Assembly: GCF_021869535.1 (NCBI RefSeq)
Contig: NW_026262581.1
Span: forward strand, 48,546,001 to 48,610,000
Direction of reading: 5' to 3'
DNA length: 64,000 nucleotides
From: Mytilus californianus
Lineage: Eukaryota
Both the position numbers and the translations under genes were made by a program. The stretch's first letter is position 1; each line of letters opens with the position of its first letter. Positions 40,578-53,437 of this stretch are shown in pieces. The notes beneath the pieces were generated by a model, which did no database searches, was not told the DNA's origin, and saw only the letters and a list, made by a program, of their open reading frames with translations.

Positions 40578-41589
40578 ATGTATGTTTTAGTGTGGCCTCA
40601 CACACTTTTGATTTTTTTCAATGTACATATATGACACAGATGTACAGCACAAATGCAATAATGGATATTCTGAAATTTCCATAAAAAACGTTTTCGGATG
40701 AGGTAAGGTAGTTATCAAATATGGAACATCAAAGAAGGCTTCCAAAACCCTCTTAGCTGTCTATAAGATATAAAAAAAAAATGAAGATGTGGCATGATTG
40801 CCAATGAGACAACTCACCATCAGAGACGTAATGATGTGAAAGTTGACAACTATAGGTCAGCAAACGACCTTCAACAATGATTAATACCTATACCGCATAG
40901 TAAGCTATGAATACTTCATATATTTTTAGATATTAAGGACCGACCATATAAATGTTCATATATAAATTTACAAACAATCATAATATTTTCTGAGGTAAAC
41001 TATTTTTGCTATTAAAATATATCCTTAAACTTCTTTCCATGACATTATTCTGGTTTCATGTATACCTATTTTAATAAACAAAGATTTTTTGGATAATGTC
41101 ATTCACTGATTCTGTTTTCTTATAGTAAATCTTTGGTTGTCCGATTTGCCTAACTTGCAGCACGTATCCAGATTTAAAAAGTTCCAAAATATAAATACTT
41201 TTAGTAGTTATTTTAGAATGCAAATAAATGTAGAACATTCCAAGGCATTGTGTTTGCTTTGGCGAATATAGTTTATAGATTTTGCTCTACAATTTTTCTA
41301 ATTGTTTATGGTATGTATGTTTTTGTGTTAAGAGTAAATGTGTAAATGGTATTAATTGAAATCACCAAACTCTTTTTCAATTGATATCTTATTTTTCTTA
41401 TCTGTATTAATATCCTTTCGTTGTTTCACTTTTTCTGAGTAGGATTGCTTTCACGCCTAAATAATCAATATTTTGTATTGTAGTATAGAAATTTATACAA
41501 TAACACAAACTGAATGAAACATTTTATTTTATAAAAAAAAAAATAAATAAGTGTTCAACGTCTGGATTTTGGTGATATTCTGTACATGT

Positions 41590-43213
41590 TCATCGTGTGT
41601 ATCCATTAGACGGCCTTCTTCGACAAATCATGTGACAATTAACAGTTGCACAGTATTTGTTCGTTGGACAATCTCCATCACGATGACACTCTTTTTTGCA
41701 ACCAATTGATCCACTTACTACTGACTGAGAAACGACCCCTGAACCAGAAGTACGTACTGATCCACCACGTCTTAATGAAACTGTGTCTAATACATCAAGT
41801 CCACTTCGTCTAAGGTTGGTTGCGTCAAGAATATCAGAACCTGCATGACCAGATATTCCACGACTTCTACCTATTGTTTCCAAATGAGAATTGCTAGATA
41901 GGCCCAAATCCCTGGCCAGACCAGATGAACCAATTCTGCTGCCAGAGGATAAATGACCATCATTACTCGAAACTCTGGTCAAGCCAGATGACAAACTTCT
42001 AATTATTTTCCTTCTTATAGAATCCGACAATCCAGATGCACCAATTATACTTCCAGAAGAAATTTCGACGCAGTAGCTGCTACAACCATTGTGAATACAT
42101 TTATGTCCTGAACGACATAATTTATCTCCTCCACACCCATAATGACAGTTACTGATACTGTCATCGTCAGATAAAGCACGTGAAATACCAGCTGAGGAGC
42201 CTCTAATAATTTCAGTTACAGATGTCCTGCCTCCAATAGAACCCCCAGACAATCCTCTACTAGCTGATGACCCGCGTGATAAAAAGTCATTGCCTATTCC
42301 ATGAGATGTTCCAACTGCTCTTGATCCTGCTCGTCTGTTTGCATCAATTACATCCAGTACAGAAAGAGATCCAACACCACTACGCCCGTTTATGTCTCTC
42401 CCAACTGTGTTTTCGACCTGTAAAATCTTCTTCGCTCCATGTTTGTCTAATGCATGCTTTTCTGTTGGTGAATAGGCTGTAAGAATAAACATAGAATAGT
42501 TTTTACAATATTCACAAATCAAGTAATAAAAAATACAATACAGGTGAATTACTATCTGCATATGAATATCAGGATATATGTAGTTATTGCAAATAAGACA
42601 ACTATTCACCATACACCAAAGGATGGTGTAAACTTGTAAAACCTTCTTCACTCCATTTATATCTAATGCATGCTTTTCAATGGGTACATAGACTGTAAAA
42701 TTAAATATCTCACAATTTATATAATCTTTATCAATCAAGTAATACCATTAACAATACAGGTTAACTAACATTTATATATTTATATAAGGATACTTGGTAT
42801 AATTGTCAAAAAGACAATTATCCACCATAGACCAAAAGGCGAGGTTGTAAACAGTTGCAGGTACCGTTCGGTTTCAGCACTGAGCAAAACCCATACCTTA
42901 TCGTTATCTATTAAAAGACCCCCATGATAAAATTAGAAACAATTCAAAACACAAAACCATTTGTTTCAAATTTGTTTCATTATAATTTACAGAATATGCA
43001 GATGTTGGTAATATGCCTTCATATAATTATGTACGAAAGTTATCTATGTTTAAGAAGATTTCGGCGATAAGAAATTTAGATTTTATCTACACATTGATAA
43101 AACTTTGTTAAACAGCTTATAAATTTTGAAATGGCAAATCAAATATCTTTCTTACCGGCTACTGTCATTGTGGTCAATGCCATCAACAAGAATATGGTCT
43201 GGAACCTCATCAT
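41590..43213 (-). CDS. G5: same family, chimeric copy (~314 aa via the proximal acceptor, ~386 aa via the distal one)
   Basis: Coding exon 2 is 43213-43156 (MMRFQTIFLLMALTTMTVA). Exon 3 starts at 42476 or 42692, both after ttacag and in frame, and runs to TGA 41590-41592. AATAAA at 41523-41528. Confidence 0.85.
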
Positions 43214-44166
43214 TTCAAAGAATTCTGAAATTAACAGGATAACATCATTTCTATGAAAATAAAAATTCACACATTTAATTTTAATACGAATCATTTAATA
43301 GTAAAACTGTGTTTGATTTTTCTATACATTTGCAAGACAGTAAAATTTTAAAAACTATACTTTTCGAGGCTAATATTTTCTTTGGGAGGTATATAAAATG
43401 ACAGAAGGATGATACATGAAGAAGGCATGTGACTTAAGATAAATCTGAAAGTCGATAGAATTTTGAAATGAACATTTGAAGACAGCCTTTATTAAATGCA
43501 CTCTAAAAATAGAAAATAGAAAACAATTTGAGAAACGAAGGGAAGGTGCCTATATTTCGACCGTTATGATATTTTCTAAGGGATATCTTCGAAATAAGAA
43601 AACAGAATACCAAACTGAATGTGAAGAGTGTGTCCTACATGTAAATAAAATTATAAGAGGTACCAGTATTCATGCAACAGATGCGTATGTCGACTATTAA
43701 TGTCTTATTAGTGTTTCTCGAAGCAATATTTCAATATTCAAAGTGTTATACTGGGGTTGAAGAGCTAAATAAAAAGGAAATCAATTTACAGACAAATCTG
43801 GGGAAAAATTCAGAGCAATAAATCGTATAAATCAAGCTTCAATCTATACCACAACTTTATTTTTCAGAGAGATTAGGTTGATATTACAAAATAGAAAGAT
43901 ATATAAGTTATCGATTCACGAATTAACATTCAAAGAAAAGGGGATCGAAGCAAATTATTCATCTCGAACTTGCATAACATTCATTGATTGTCAAGTCTTA
44001 GTATGAAATAGACATTTACTTTTTACAGTATTTAAACCCTACAGACTGGAACATAACTTCGTATATTTATTATTGCTTATCTATCAAACAGTTATTTCAG
44101 TCAGATTATCTATTCCGATAGATTCTAAAACAGAGAAAATCTGTTTAATATTTAATAATTTCTTAC

Positions 44167-44235
44167 CTTTGTTTCTATCAATTGGAATTATTTCTAATGA
44201 ATAGTGTTTTACTGCTAACAAATCGTCCTTTTATA
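44167..44235 (-). promoter_or_regulatory. G5 TATA box and non-coding exon 1
   Basis: TATAAAAG 44228-44235, inferred TSS ~44205, donor GTAAG after 44167. Confidence 0.75.
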
Positions 44236-47200
44236 CCTTTTCAATTATTTTGTTTATAATACACATGTACACAAGGAAATTTGTAAGTTAGCCGCAAATG
44301 ATGAACTCGTTAATCATATTTGAAACTTTAAATGTCATGTTGTCTTAGAAATTGCAGATTATGTCATCTAAAGAAATGTACTAAGGGTCAGTAACACATT
44401 TTGTTTCCTCCTACATCAAACACGTGTTTCAACATATTACGTATTATGAAATGTTTCTTTCACCTATTGGTAATGTTCTCAAATAAACGCATTATATATT
44501 TGGTAGAAGCCAGAGACTTGTACAGTTTGAAAAAATAATATGAACTGAAGTCATTTATTTCCTTATAGACGGTGTTATTTTTTTCGTTGAATTGTTTGAA
44601 AAGCCACTGCTTGATTTTAGGGCTCAATTGAAAATTAATTACAAATTTAAAGAGAATGAAAACCAAGAATTCCTAAAAAAAATTGCGTCAAATCTGGCTA
44701 CTGTCAGCTTTGTCTTTGTGTAACATTTTTTTGTGAAATGTAAAGTTTCAAACAATTATCTTTTATCTCAATAATGGTAAGATGATAAGGGGTCAGATGA
44801 TACCCACGGGGATAAAACGTCTTCCAGCAGTGGTTTCGACCCAGTTGTGGTAAAACGCAGCAACACGATAAATATGTAGTAGTCATGCAATAAGAAAGAA
44901 AACTTTTTCTAACTTTAACTAGCCCTTTTTATCCGTACAAGACGATTTAGAGCTCAACATAATTTGTGGGCACCTGTCTTTTGTCGAAGACTATATCTTA
45001 CCCTAAAGATGTATTATTGGTTTTTTTGTCGATGGATAGCTATCTCTTAGACGTGCATCTACATCTCCTCATTCATAACTTTCTCAATTCTGATTTTGTT
45101 CACATTAAGGTCGAACTCATAATTCAAACTCATCAACGATACCAGGTGATAATTTAGTACGCTAGACGCTCGTTTCATCTACATATCATTCATCTGTGAT
45201 GATCGAAATTAAAATTGCTGGAAGACCAGATTAAATAGAAAGCTAAAGAGCATTAAATCATTTAGACAGTGTGACCATTATACAATTTAAAATCTCACAT
45301 TATTTGACATAGCTTTGCTTTGTTCTAAATTTTGTATCAATCAAACCTTAAAAGCTATTATACAAACTCCTGTATCTACATTTCATTGCTGAAAATTAAC
45401 TCAGATAGATTTGGATCTTGGACAACATTTTAGGGATTTTCATTTTTTGTTTGGCGAGACAATGTCATAAACAGGTATACGTCGAGAAAAAAAACCTCTT
45501 AAGTTTCATTTCCATGTAGAAGTTTGATTCGAATTTCATCCAGCCATCAAAAATAATGTAAAATGGTTTTCGATATAATCAAAGCTTAATATTTAAATCA
45601 GATTTTGTGTCTTACCTTAATTTGTAATTTATTAATCGGATAATGTAATTTCACATTGATAAACTGTTGTTGCTGCACATCATTTCAACCAGTATCAATT
45701 GAAGACAACAATCTAGATATAAAAATTTTATATTGGGGGAAAACCACGGCGACAAAAAAAAAAACTCATCAGATGAAAGAAAATGAAAAAAACAATTGCA
45801 ATAAAAAAAAAGAAAGAAAGATGACGAAAAGACAAACAAGTTCACAAAACACGAAATGAGAAAAACTAATAAATAAACAACACGAACCCCACAAAAAACG
45901 TACACATCCTTGATAAATGTGAAATACTAGCACTCACTAACAAATAAAGGAGCGTCAATTGTTAGAAAGAGAAATTGAAATATTTTTTAATTTATTTTCT
46001 TCTCTATGAGAATATTTTGTTTTAATTCTGCTTCATAAGAGCTAAAGAAATATTTTTTACTAACTTATTTAAATTTATCTTAATTTCATCAACATGTTCC
46101 TTTTAACATTTTTCCTGATAGATAGTAAACCTTAAATTTCCAATCTGAACGTCTAAATTGGTATTTTACAACAGGTCTGCAAAAAAACATTGTAGTGTAC
46201 AGTTGTGTCATTAAGCTCTCTGTATTCATAAAGATAGTATTCTTTATTTTTTTTCATTGTTACAATTTCTTTATTGCACATTTTCTGTAACATGTTACTA
46301 ATTTAATGGCTTTGAACTTAGTATTGTTCAGTTTAGCTTATCTTTTAAGGGAAGCACTGTTTAGTAAGATATAACTCAATTCACTATGTTAGTATTAATA
46401 ATATAACTCATTTCACAAAATATATTATAAAGCTATCAAATCATATCAATAGGTTCATTATATTTGTATATTTCATCATGTTCATGTTAGAACAATTTAC
46501 TAAGTGTCTTGTGTCATGCACTTAAAAATGAAAAGTATATTTATCAAATAGAATAGAATCATTCTCAACACAACTATCTAACATTTTCTAAAGTATGTGT
46601 ATAACATGTTTAACTTTACATCCGTGGGTAGACTAAGGCAACGATGTTCAAACATATAGATACCAGTTCATGACTTCGTAATCTGTTGGCACTAAGTACA
46701 ATTCCTTGAAACTTAAAGTAAACGTGGTGGTAAAGTAATCTATAATTTCTGGCACTACGAAATATTGTGGTGACACATCCTGCTGTTTAGATTGCATAGT
46801 AAACATTACTTAATATTCATGTCAGGGCAATTTCTGGTTGATCTAAGGTAAAACGCTATTTAAAACTGTTCCAATTAATAAATCTTTCGTTCAAAGGTTG
46901 AACTGATTGGGAATAACTGCAAAATTATATGGAATGATACTCTGGACCGACATGTCAAATTATCATGTGACTTTCCATATTTTATTGGGTTTCGTTATAT
47001 TGTATCATTTTATAGACTTAATAAATTGGTATATACTTATATGAATTCATAAATCTCACTTGAAATGCAATCTTCAACCAGTTTATCAATTTGTCAACTG
47101 GTAATAACACGAATTGCTTTTGTTGATCAATGTAATTACATAAAAACGTATGGATTTTTTACCAAAAAACATCCCTTATCTAACTTGCAGAAAAACAGAG

Positions 47201-49267
47201 GGGACAAACTTATCAATGAATGTAAGTTTTTATTGGGCATATATTACTACCAGTTCGTTTGGTCTGAGCTGAATTCAGCAAAACAGTGTTTGGACAAATG
47301 CTTTATGTGTTTTTCTTTGCTAGAAATAGATCATGGAATGCAATTAAGTAAAGCATAAGTCAATATAGCAAGTTAGGTTCTGTTATAGCTATATGATCAC
47401 TAACTCAGGCCCGATCAGAAAAAACATACAAGAAAGTAGAACGTATTGAAAACAAAATAGTTCTACGCAAATTGTTGCTTTGTCAGTAAGAAAAAAAAAT
47501 CGGTAATATTAATTGGTATCAAATGAAGGCTTAATAACTTGAGATAACTGTAGAACCCTTTTTGAATATTTCTTTCGAATGATAATTTATTTTTTATATG
47601 AAACAAAAAAAATAAGATGGCATATTTGCTCTTTCGCTCAACTCAGAAGAACTCGTACTATCAAACTTCGGTGCACCCTAATATGCAATTAAAGGTATAT
47701 CGAATTCTACAGCAAAATTCAGGATAAGGTATAGTTTTGACATGAAATGGTTGTCACTTTATTCGAACTTTAGACAAAATAGCTATGAATGCTTGAAATT
47801 GCAGAATTCAACAAAGAAAGCATTCATAACTTTGAACTAGTGGCTTCATTCCTAAAGACGACGTCGTATCTCGCGAAGGTTTCAATCGTTCTTGTACCAC
47901 TTAAGGAAAAGAAAATACTTACCTTTGTTAGAGCATCCGAGGTCTCCCGAAATAAGTCGGATGAATATTTTTTATATGTTATTTTTTTATTAAACATTGT
48001 TTGTGTTGCTGTCCCAAGTACTTTTTTTTTCTGCATCGGTATTGTTGGTATTTTTTTGTATTTCATACTTTTTGAAGTAGTTTTACCTGTCATTTGAAAT
48101 GTTGTAAAGTTTAATTTGCTGTGGACATCAATTTGTTTTTAAAAAGGTCGTTTCTTACACAACTGCTATTGTATGTTTATGTAGTTAACTTAAAGAAACA
48201 GTGGTTACCTCATTAATAGTAAAACAGTGATAGATGTAGAAAAAACAATAACGGTTCAGCACTTCTTCTGTTTTTTTAAATGGCTGCTATGATAAAAGTC
48301 GATGATTGAAATTAATTATTTTAAAAGTGACCATTACCTTAAATGTCTGTATTTACTTGTCTTATATTAGTCGGGATTATGTTGGTTGACGTTCCAAAAA
48401 TGGACGTATTGAATTACAGTCTAAGTAATATTAAAAGAAATAATATTCATCTAAAGACAAAAAACGCTTTAGGGTTAAGATATTTTCGAGTTTGTTTGTA
48501 TCGATGAACCACCAGTTTATGTATGCAAGAAAATACCAATTTCCTTTCAGATTGTACTAAATTTGTGTAGTTGTGATTTCGGTCGTTTTTCCTCATAACT
48601 CCCATCAGCAAAAAACACTTTTGTAATATCATAAAACCCGTTTGATTGATGAGATTTTTTTTAAACCGGTTATGGCCTTAGTCGACTGGTTATGTCAATG
48701 CTTTAGCATCAATCCTGGTTACATGTTCTACAGAGAAATAGAACCAGAATGAATATTGTATGTTGTAGAAAGATAGAAGTTTCGGGCGCAGCAACATTTT
48801 AAAGTGTCACAGGTATTTGTATGCTATTAAAGACCGATTCTGTATAATTCTTTAACATATAACAACATTCCTCACATAAGACCTGTAATCATTTAACTGA
48901 TTTTTATTACAATACCCTGTGTTATACAAGATTCAATTTGTAATAAAGCTTTGATATATTTTGATCTCTTTTAAATTGTGTTAATGTGAAATTGAACACT
49001 TTTTGTAAAGCTAAATGTAGTCACAAAATTTTTTGACATATGTATGTTAGCACATGAGTTTTTTTCTGAACATTTTCCGGTGTAATTGATCGTAATTTTT
49101 TCAATACTGAAGCATATCCTTTGATGTCGACTAAAAACTTTTAAAGACTCTTTTTCATGTTTTATTGAGGTGATTGGTAGCTGTCTTCTGGACGTCTATA
49201 ACATGTCTGTTTGATTTTCGTTTTTTAAATATATCTAAAATGGATGAAAAAATACAACATATATTAA

Positions 49268-49980
49268 TAAACAGCTGCGCCATGAGCGCATGATACGCCC
49301 GTCGTCTTGTGTGTGAATTTTTATGCAATAAGCATAAATAGTTTCTGACATACGGCGTGACATGCGAAAACCCCCTTTTTTTTTTACAAAAAACTCAATA
49401 TCTCTTAAATAAATTTTGAATCAAAACCAAAAAGTATACAGATCTTTAGATTAATATAACTAAGAAGTGTGTAAAGTTTTAAGCAATAATCATAAACTGT
49501 TTTTGAGATACGGCGCGACATGTGAAAATCCCCTCCCCCTTTTTTAACAAAATACTCAATATCTCTAAAATAAAATTTTGAATCATACCAAAAAGTATAC
49601 AGATCTTAAGATTAATATAGCTAAGAAGTGTGTAAAGTTTTAAGCAATAATCATAAATTGTTTTTGAGAAACGGCGCGACATGTGAAAAAAAACCACACA
49701 CCTGTTTTAGTTAATAAGTCCCGTAACTCAAAAAGTTTAAATCTTATTTTCACCAAAAAGTATACAGATCATTTGACCATCAAAAGAAACAACTATGTTA
49801 AGTTTCATGAAATTTGGATAAGTCATTATCAAGTTACGGTGCGACATGTTTACGCCGGACAGACAGACGGACAGACGGACAGACAGACTGACAGACGAAC
49901 AGACAGACGGACAGACGGACGGACACCGGACATTTGTGTACCATAATACGTCCCGTCAAAAATTGACGGGCGTATAAAAA
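49268..49980. mobile_element. HINE/pearl-type non-autonomous Helentron-like element
   Basis: Subterminal inverted repeats atacgcccgtc (49293-49303) and gacgggcgtat (49965-49975). Terminal hairpin cccgtc-aaaaatt-gacggg. Internal ~160-bp tandem repeats start at ~49325, 49483 and 49644. GACA/GACG microsatellite at ~49856-49927. Absent from the paralogous G3 flank (~22022). Confidence 0.8.
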
Positions 49981-50059
49981 CTGCAAATGGTATTCAACAT
50001 TTAATTTTATTTAAAGATAATATTGAGTGTGTCAAATGTGGATTTCGATACCATCCTGT

Positions 50060-51240
50060 TCATTGTGTGTATCCATTAGACGGCCTTCTTCTACACATCA
50101 TGTGACAGTTAACAGTTGCACAGTATTTGTTGGTTGGACAATCTCCATCAGCAAAACACTCTTTTTTACAACCAACTTTTCAACTTACTACTGACTGGGA
50201 AACGACCCCTGAACCACACATACATACTGATCCACTACGTCTTATCGAAACTTTGTCTAATACACCAATAGATATAAGAAGATGTGGTATGAGTGCCAAT
50301 GAGACAACTCTCCATCCAAGTCAAAATTTATAAAAGTAAACCATTATAGGTCACAGTACGGTCTTCAACACGGAGCCTTAGCTCACACCGAAAAGTAAGC
50401 TATAAAGGGCCCACAAAAAATTACTAGTGTAAAACCATTCAAACGGGAAAACCAACGGTCTAATCTTTATATAAAAAACGAGAAACGAGAAACACTTATG
50501 AACCACATCAACAAACGACAACTACTGAACATCAGATTCCTGACTTAGGACAGGTGCAAACAGATGCAGCGGGTTTAAACGTTTTAATGGTACCAAACCT
50601 TCACCCTTTTTCTGAAACAATAGTGTAACATCACAACATAGAAAGACACACTATAAAATATCAAATGAAATAGCTTAACTCAATCAAAGGACATATTAAC
50701 ACCATTGAACATACACTGAACAAATAAATTTGACCTATGACACAATGTAAATACAAAATAAATAAACTAAGGGAAGAATAATAAAAGTAACATATTATAT
50801 CGGTAAGAAATGTTTAACAATTAAAGAAAAACAATATGCTCGAACAAAAATATCAGCCATCAAGTCCACTTCTTCTAAGGTAGGTTGCGTCAAGAATATA
50901 AGAACCTACATGACCATACATTCCTCGGCTTCTACCTATAGTTTTCGAATGAGAACTGCTAGATAGGACGAAATTTCTAGCCAGACCAGACGAACCAATT
51001 CTCCTGCAAGAGGATAACTGATCATCATTACTTGAAACTCTGGTGAAACCAGATGATAAACTTCTAATTATTTCCCTTCTTATAGAGTCGGACAATCCAG
51101 ATGCACCAATTATACATGTTATACTTCCAGAAGAAATTTCAACGCAGTAGCTGCTACATCCATTGTGAATACATTTATGTCCTGAACGACACAATTCATG
51201 CTTTTCCGTTCGTACCATTTTACAATCTTTACAAATCAAG
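50060..51240 (-). pseudogene. Gf: broken G3-type exon 3 fragment
   Basis: 3' part 50265-50060, middle part 51198-50859, split by an insertion at 50266-50858. A deletion joins EKH directly to LCRSGHKC. The exon 3 acceptor is lost and no exon 2 or exon 1 follows upstream. Confidence 0.85.
50266..50858 (-). mobile_element. Family C insertion (~590 bp) in Gf exon 3
   Basis: It splits tctaataca|tcaagtcc and is colinear with 31900-32400. Confidence 0.8.
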
Positions 51241-51429
51241 TACTAGTACATTATAATACAAAATATAACACAGGTAAACCACTATCTGCCTTTAAATATC
51301 AGGATATGTAGTTATTGCCAATTAGACAACGATTCACCTTACAAGAAAGGATTGCGTAAACCATTGCAGGGACCTTACGGTTTCAGTTCAAACCAAAGGA
51401 CATACCGCATAGTAAGCTATAAATGCACC

Positions 51430-51702
51430 TGTCCTAAGTCAGGAACCTGATGTTCAGTAGTTGTCGTTTGTTGATGTGGTTCATAAGTATTTTACGTTTT
51501 TAATATAGATAAGACCGTTGGTTTTTCTGTTTGAATGGTTTTACACTAGTCATTTTGGGGACCCTTTATAGCTTGCTGTTCGGTGTGAGTCAAGGCTTTG
51601 TGTTTAAAGGCCGTACTTTGACCTATAATGGTTTACTTTTACAAATTGTTACTTGGATGGAGAGTTGTCTCATTGGCACTCATACCACATCTTCTTATAT
51701 CT
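51430..51702 (+). mobile_element. Family C copy in the opposite orientation
   Basis: It is the reverse complement of ~50270-50560 and ends ccacatcttcttatatct. It has the same flank as the 31900 copy. Confidence 0.8.
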
Positions 51703-53437
51703 ATTGGTTGTTTTGTTTATATACATTTCATTGTTTGACTCGTCTTTGATACTTTTTGAAGTAGTTTTACTTGTCATCTATCGTGTTTTTACGTTTGATT
51801 TGCCGTGGATTTCAACTTTTTTTCAAAAGTCCTTTTTGGCACAATTGCAGTGCAAACCGTGGGTACATTATAAAAGTTTAACAGTGATCGATGTAGACAG
51901 CAACAATGGTTGAAAACATCAATTTGTTATTTTGTAAGTGAGTGCTAAGCGAAAAGTCGATGTTTCAAATTTAATTTGTAAAAGTAACCATTAGTTTACC
52001 ATTGTTTCCGCCTTTGCCTACCTAACAAAGAGTGAGCAATGTGTTAGCTTTCAGAAAATGCACGAACTGAAAGTACATTCTACGTCATTTCAAGGAGAAT
52101 ACCATTCACCTAAGGACAGCGATGAAAGGATGAGTGTTAAGACCTTTTCGAGTTTGTTGGCATTGATTGGCCACGAATTAAAGTATGCAAAATACAAATT
52201 TCATTTCCGCTTGTTTAAAATATCTATTGTTGTTCTCCGTCATTTCCCCAATTGAACAAAATTTCTTTTTTTATATCCATAAAACCGTTTGATGATTGAG
52301 TTTTTTTAATCAATTACAAACTAAACACATAATCTTCACCATACTCATTGATATAAACCGATGGTTTTTTTTCAATACTTCATCATTAAATTTAATTTCA
52401 TGTTCTACAGCGAAATAGAACCAAAAAAAAGTCTCCTATACCATATAAATATAGAAGCACAGATAAACTGTGAAGTGTTATTTTTATTGTCATGCTATAA
52501 AAGACTAGCTGTATGTTTGCTTACAAATGTAATAATGGATACTCTTAAATTTCCATAAAAAAAATTTCGGTGAGGTCAGGTAGGTAGTTATCAAATATGG
52601 AACCTCGAAGAGGGCTTCTGGAACCCTTTTACCTGTCTATCAAATATAAAAATAAGAAGATGTGGCATGATTGCCAATGAGACAACTCTCCATCAGAGAC
52701 GTAATGATGTAGAAGTTGACAACTATAGGTCACCGAAAAACCTTCAACAATGATCAAAACCCATACCGCATAGTAAGATATAAATACTTCATATATATTT
52801 AAATATTAAGAACCGACCATAAAAGTGTACGTACATAAATTTACAAATAAACATAATATTTCCTGAGGTAAACTATTTTCGCAATTAAAATATATCCCAA
52901 AACTTCTTTCTATTACTCTATGACATTATTCTGGTTTCATGTATACCTATTTTTATAAACAAAGATTATTTGGTTAATGTCTTTGACTGATTCTGAGTTT
53001 TTTATGGGAATCTTTTGTTGCTCGATTTGCCTAGCTTTCATCACGTTTCCAGAATAAAAAAACTTTTAGTAGCTATTTCAGAATGCAAATCAATGTACAA
53101 CTTGTCAAGGCATTGTGTTTGCTTTGGCGTAAGTGTTTATATAGGCTTTGTTTTACATTTTTCTCATAGTTTATGTTATGATATTTTTTTTGAGTTAAGA
53201 GTAAACGGTATAAATACAAATCACCAAACTTTTTTCAATTGTTGTATTATTTTTATTATCTGTACTTATATCTTTGCGTTGTTTTAAATTTTCTGAGTAG
53301 GATTGCTTTGACGCCTAAATCATCAATATTTTGTATTGTAGAACGGAAAATATACAATTACATCAATTGAATGCAACATTTTATTTTATAAAAAAAATAA
53401 ATAAGTGTTGAAAGTCTGGATTTCGGTGATATACTGT

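Noticed and set aside
42634-42692. Duplicated segment used as a 59-nt cassette exon via CAA|GTTTAC
   Set aside because: The donor is non-consensus and 59 nt would shift the frame.
42693-42738. 382-aa ORFs starting MIDKDYINC (also 63257-63302), and the M starts of the 310-314 aa ORFs for G3, G4 and G6
   Set aside because: These N-termini lie upstream of the conserved ttacag/ttatag acceptor, differ between copies and have no signal peptide. The real start is the conserved exon 2 ATG.
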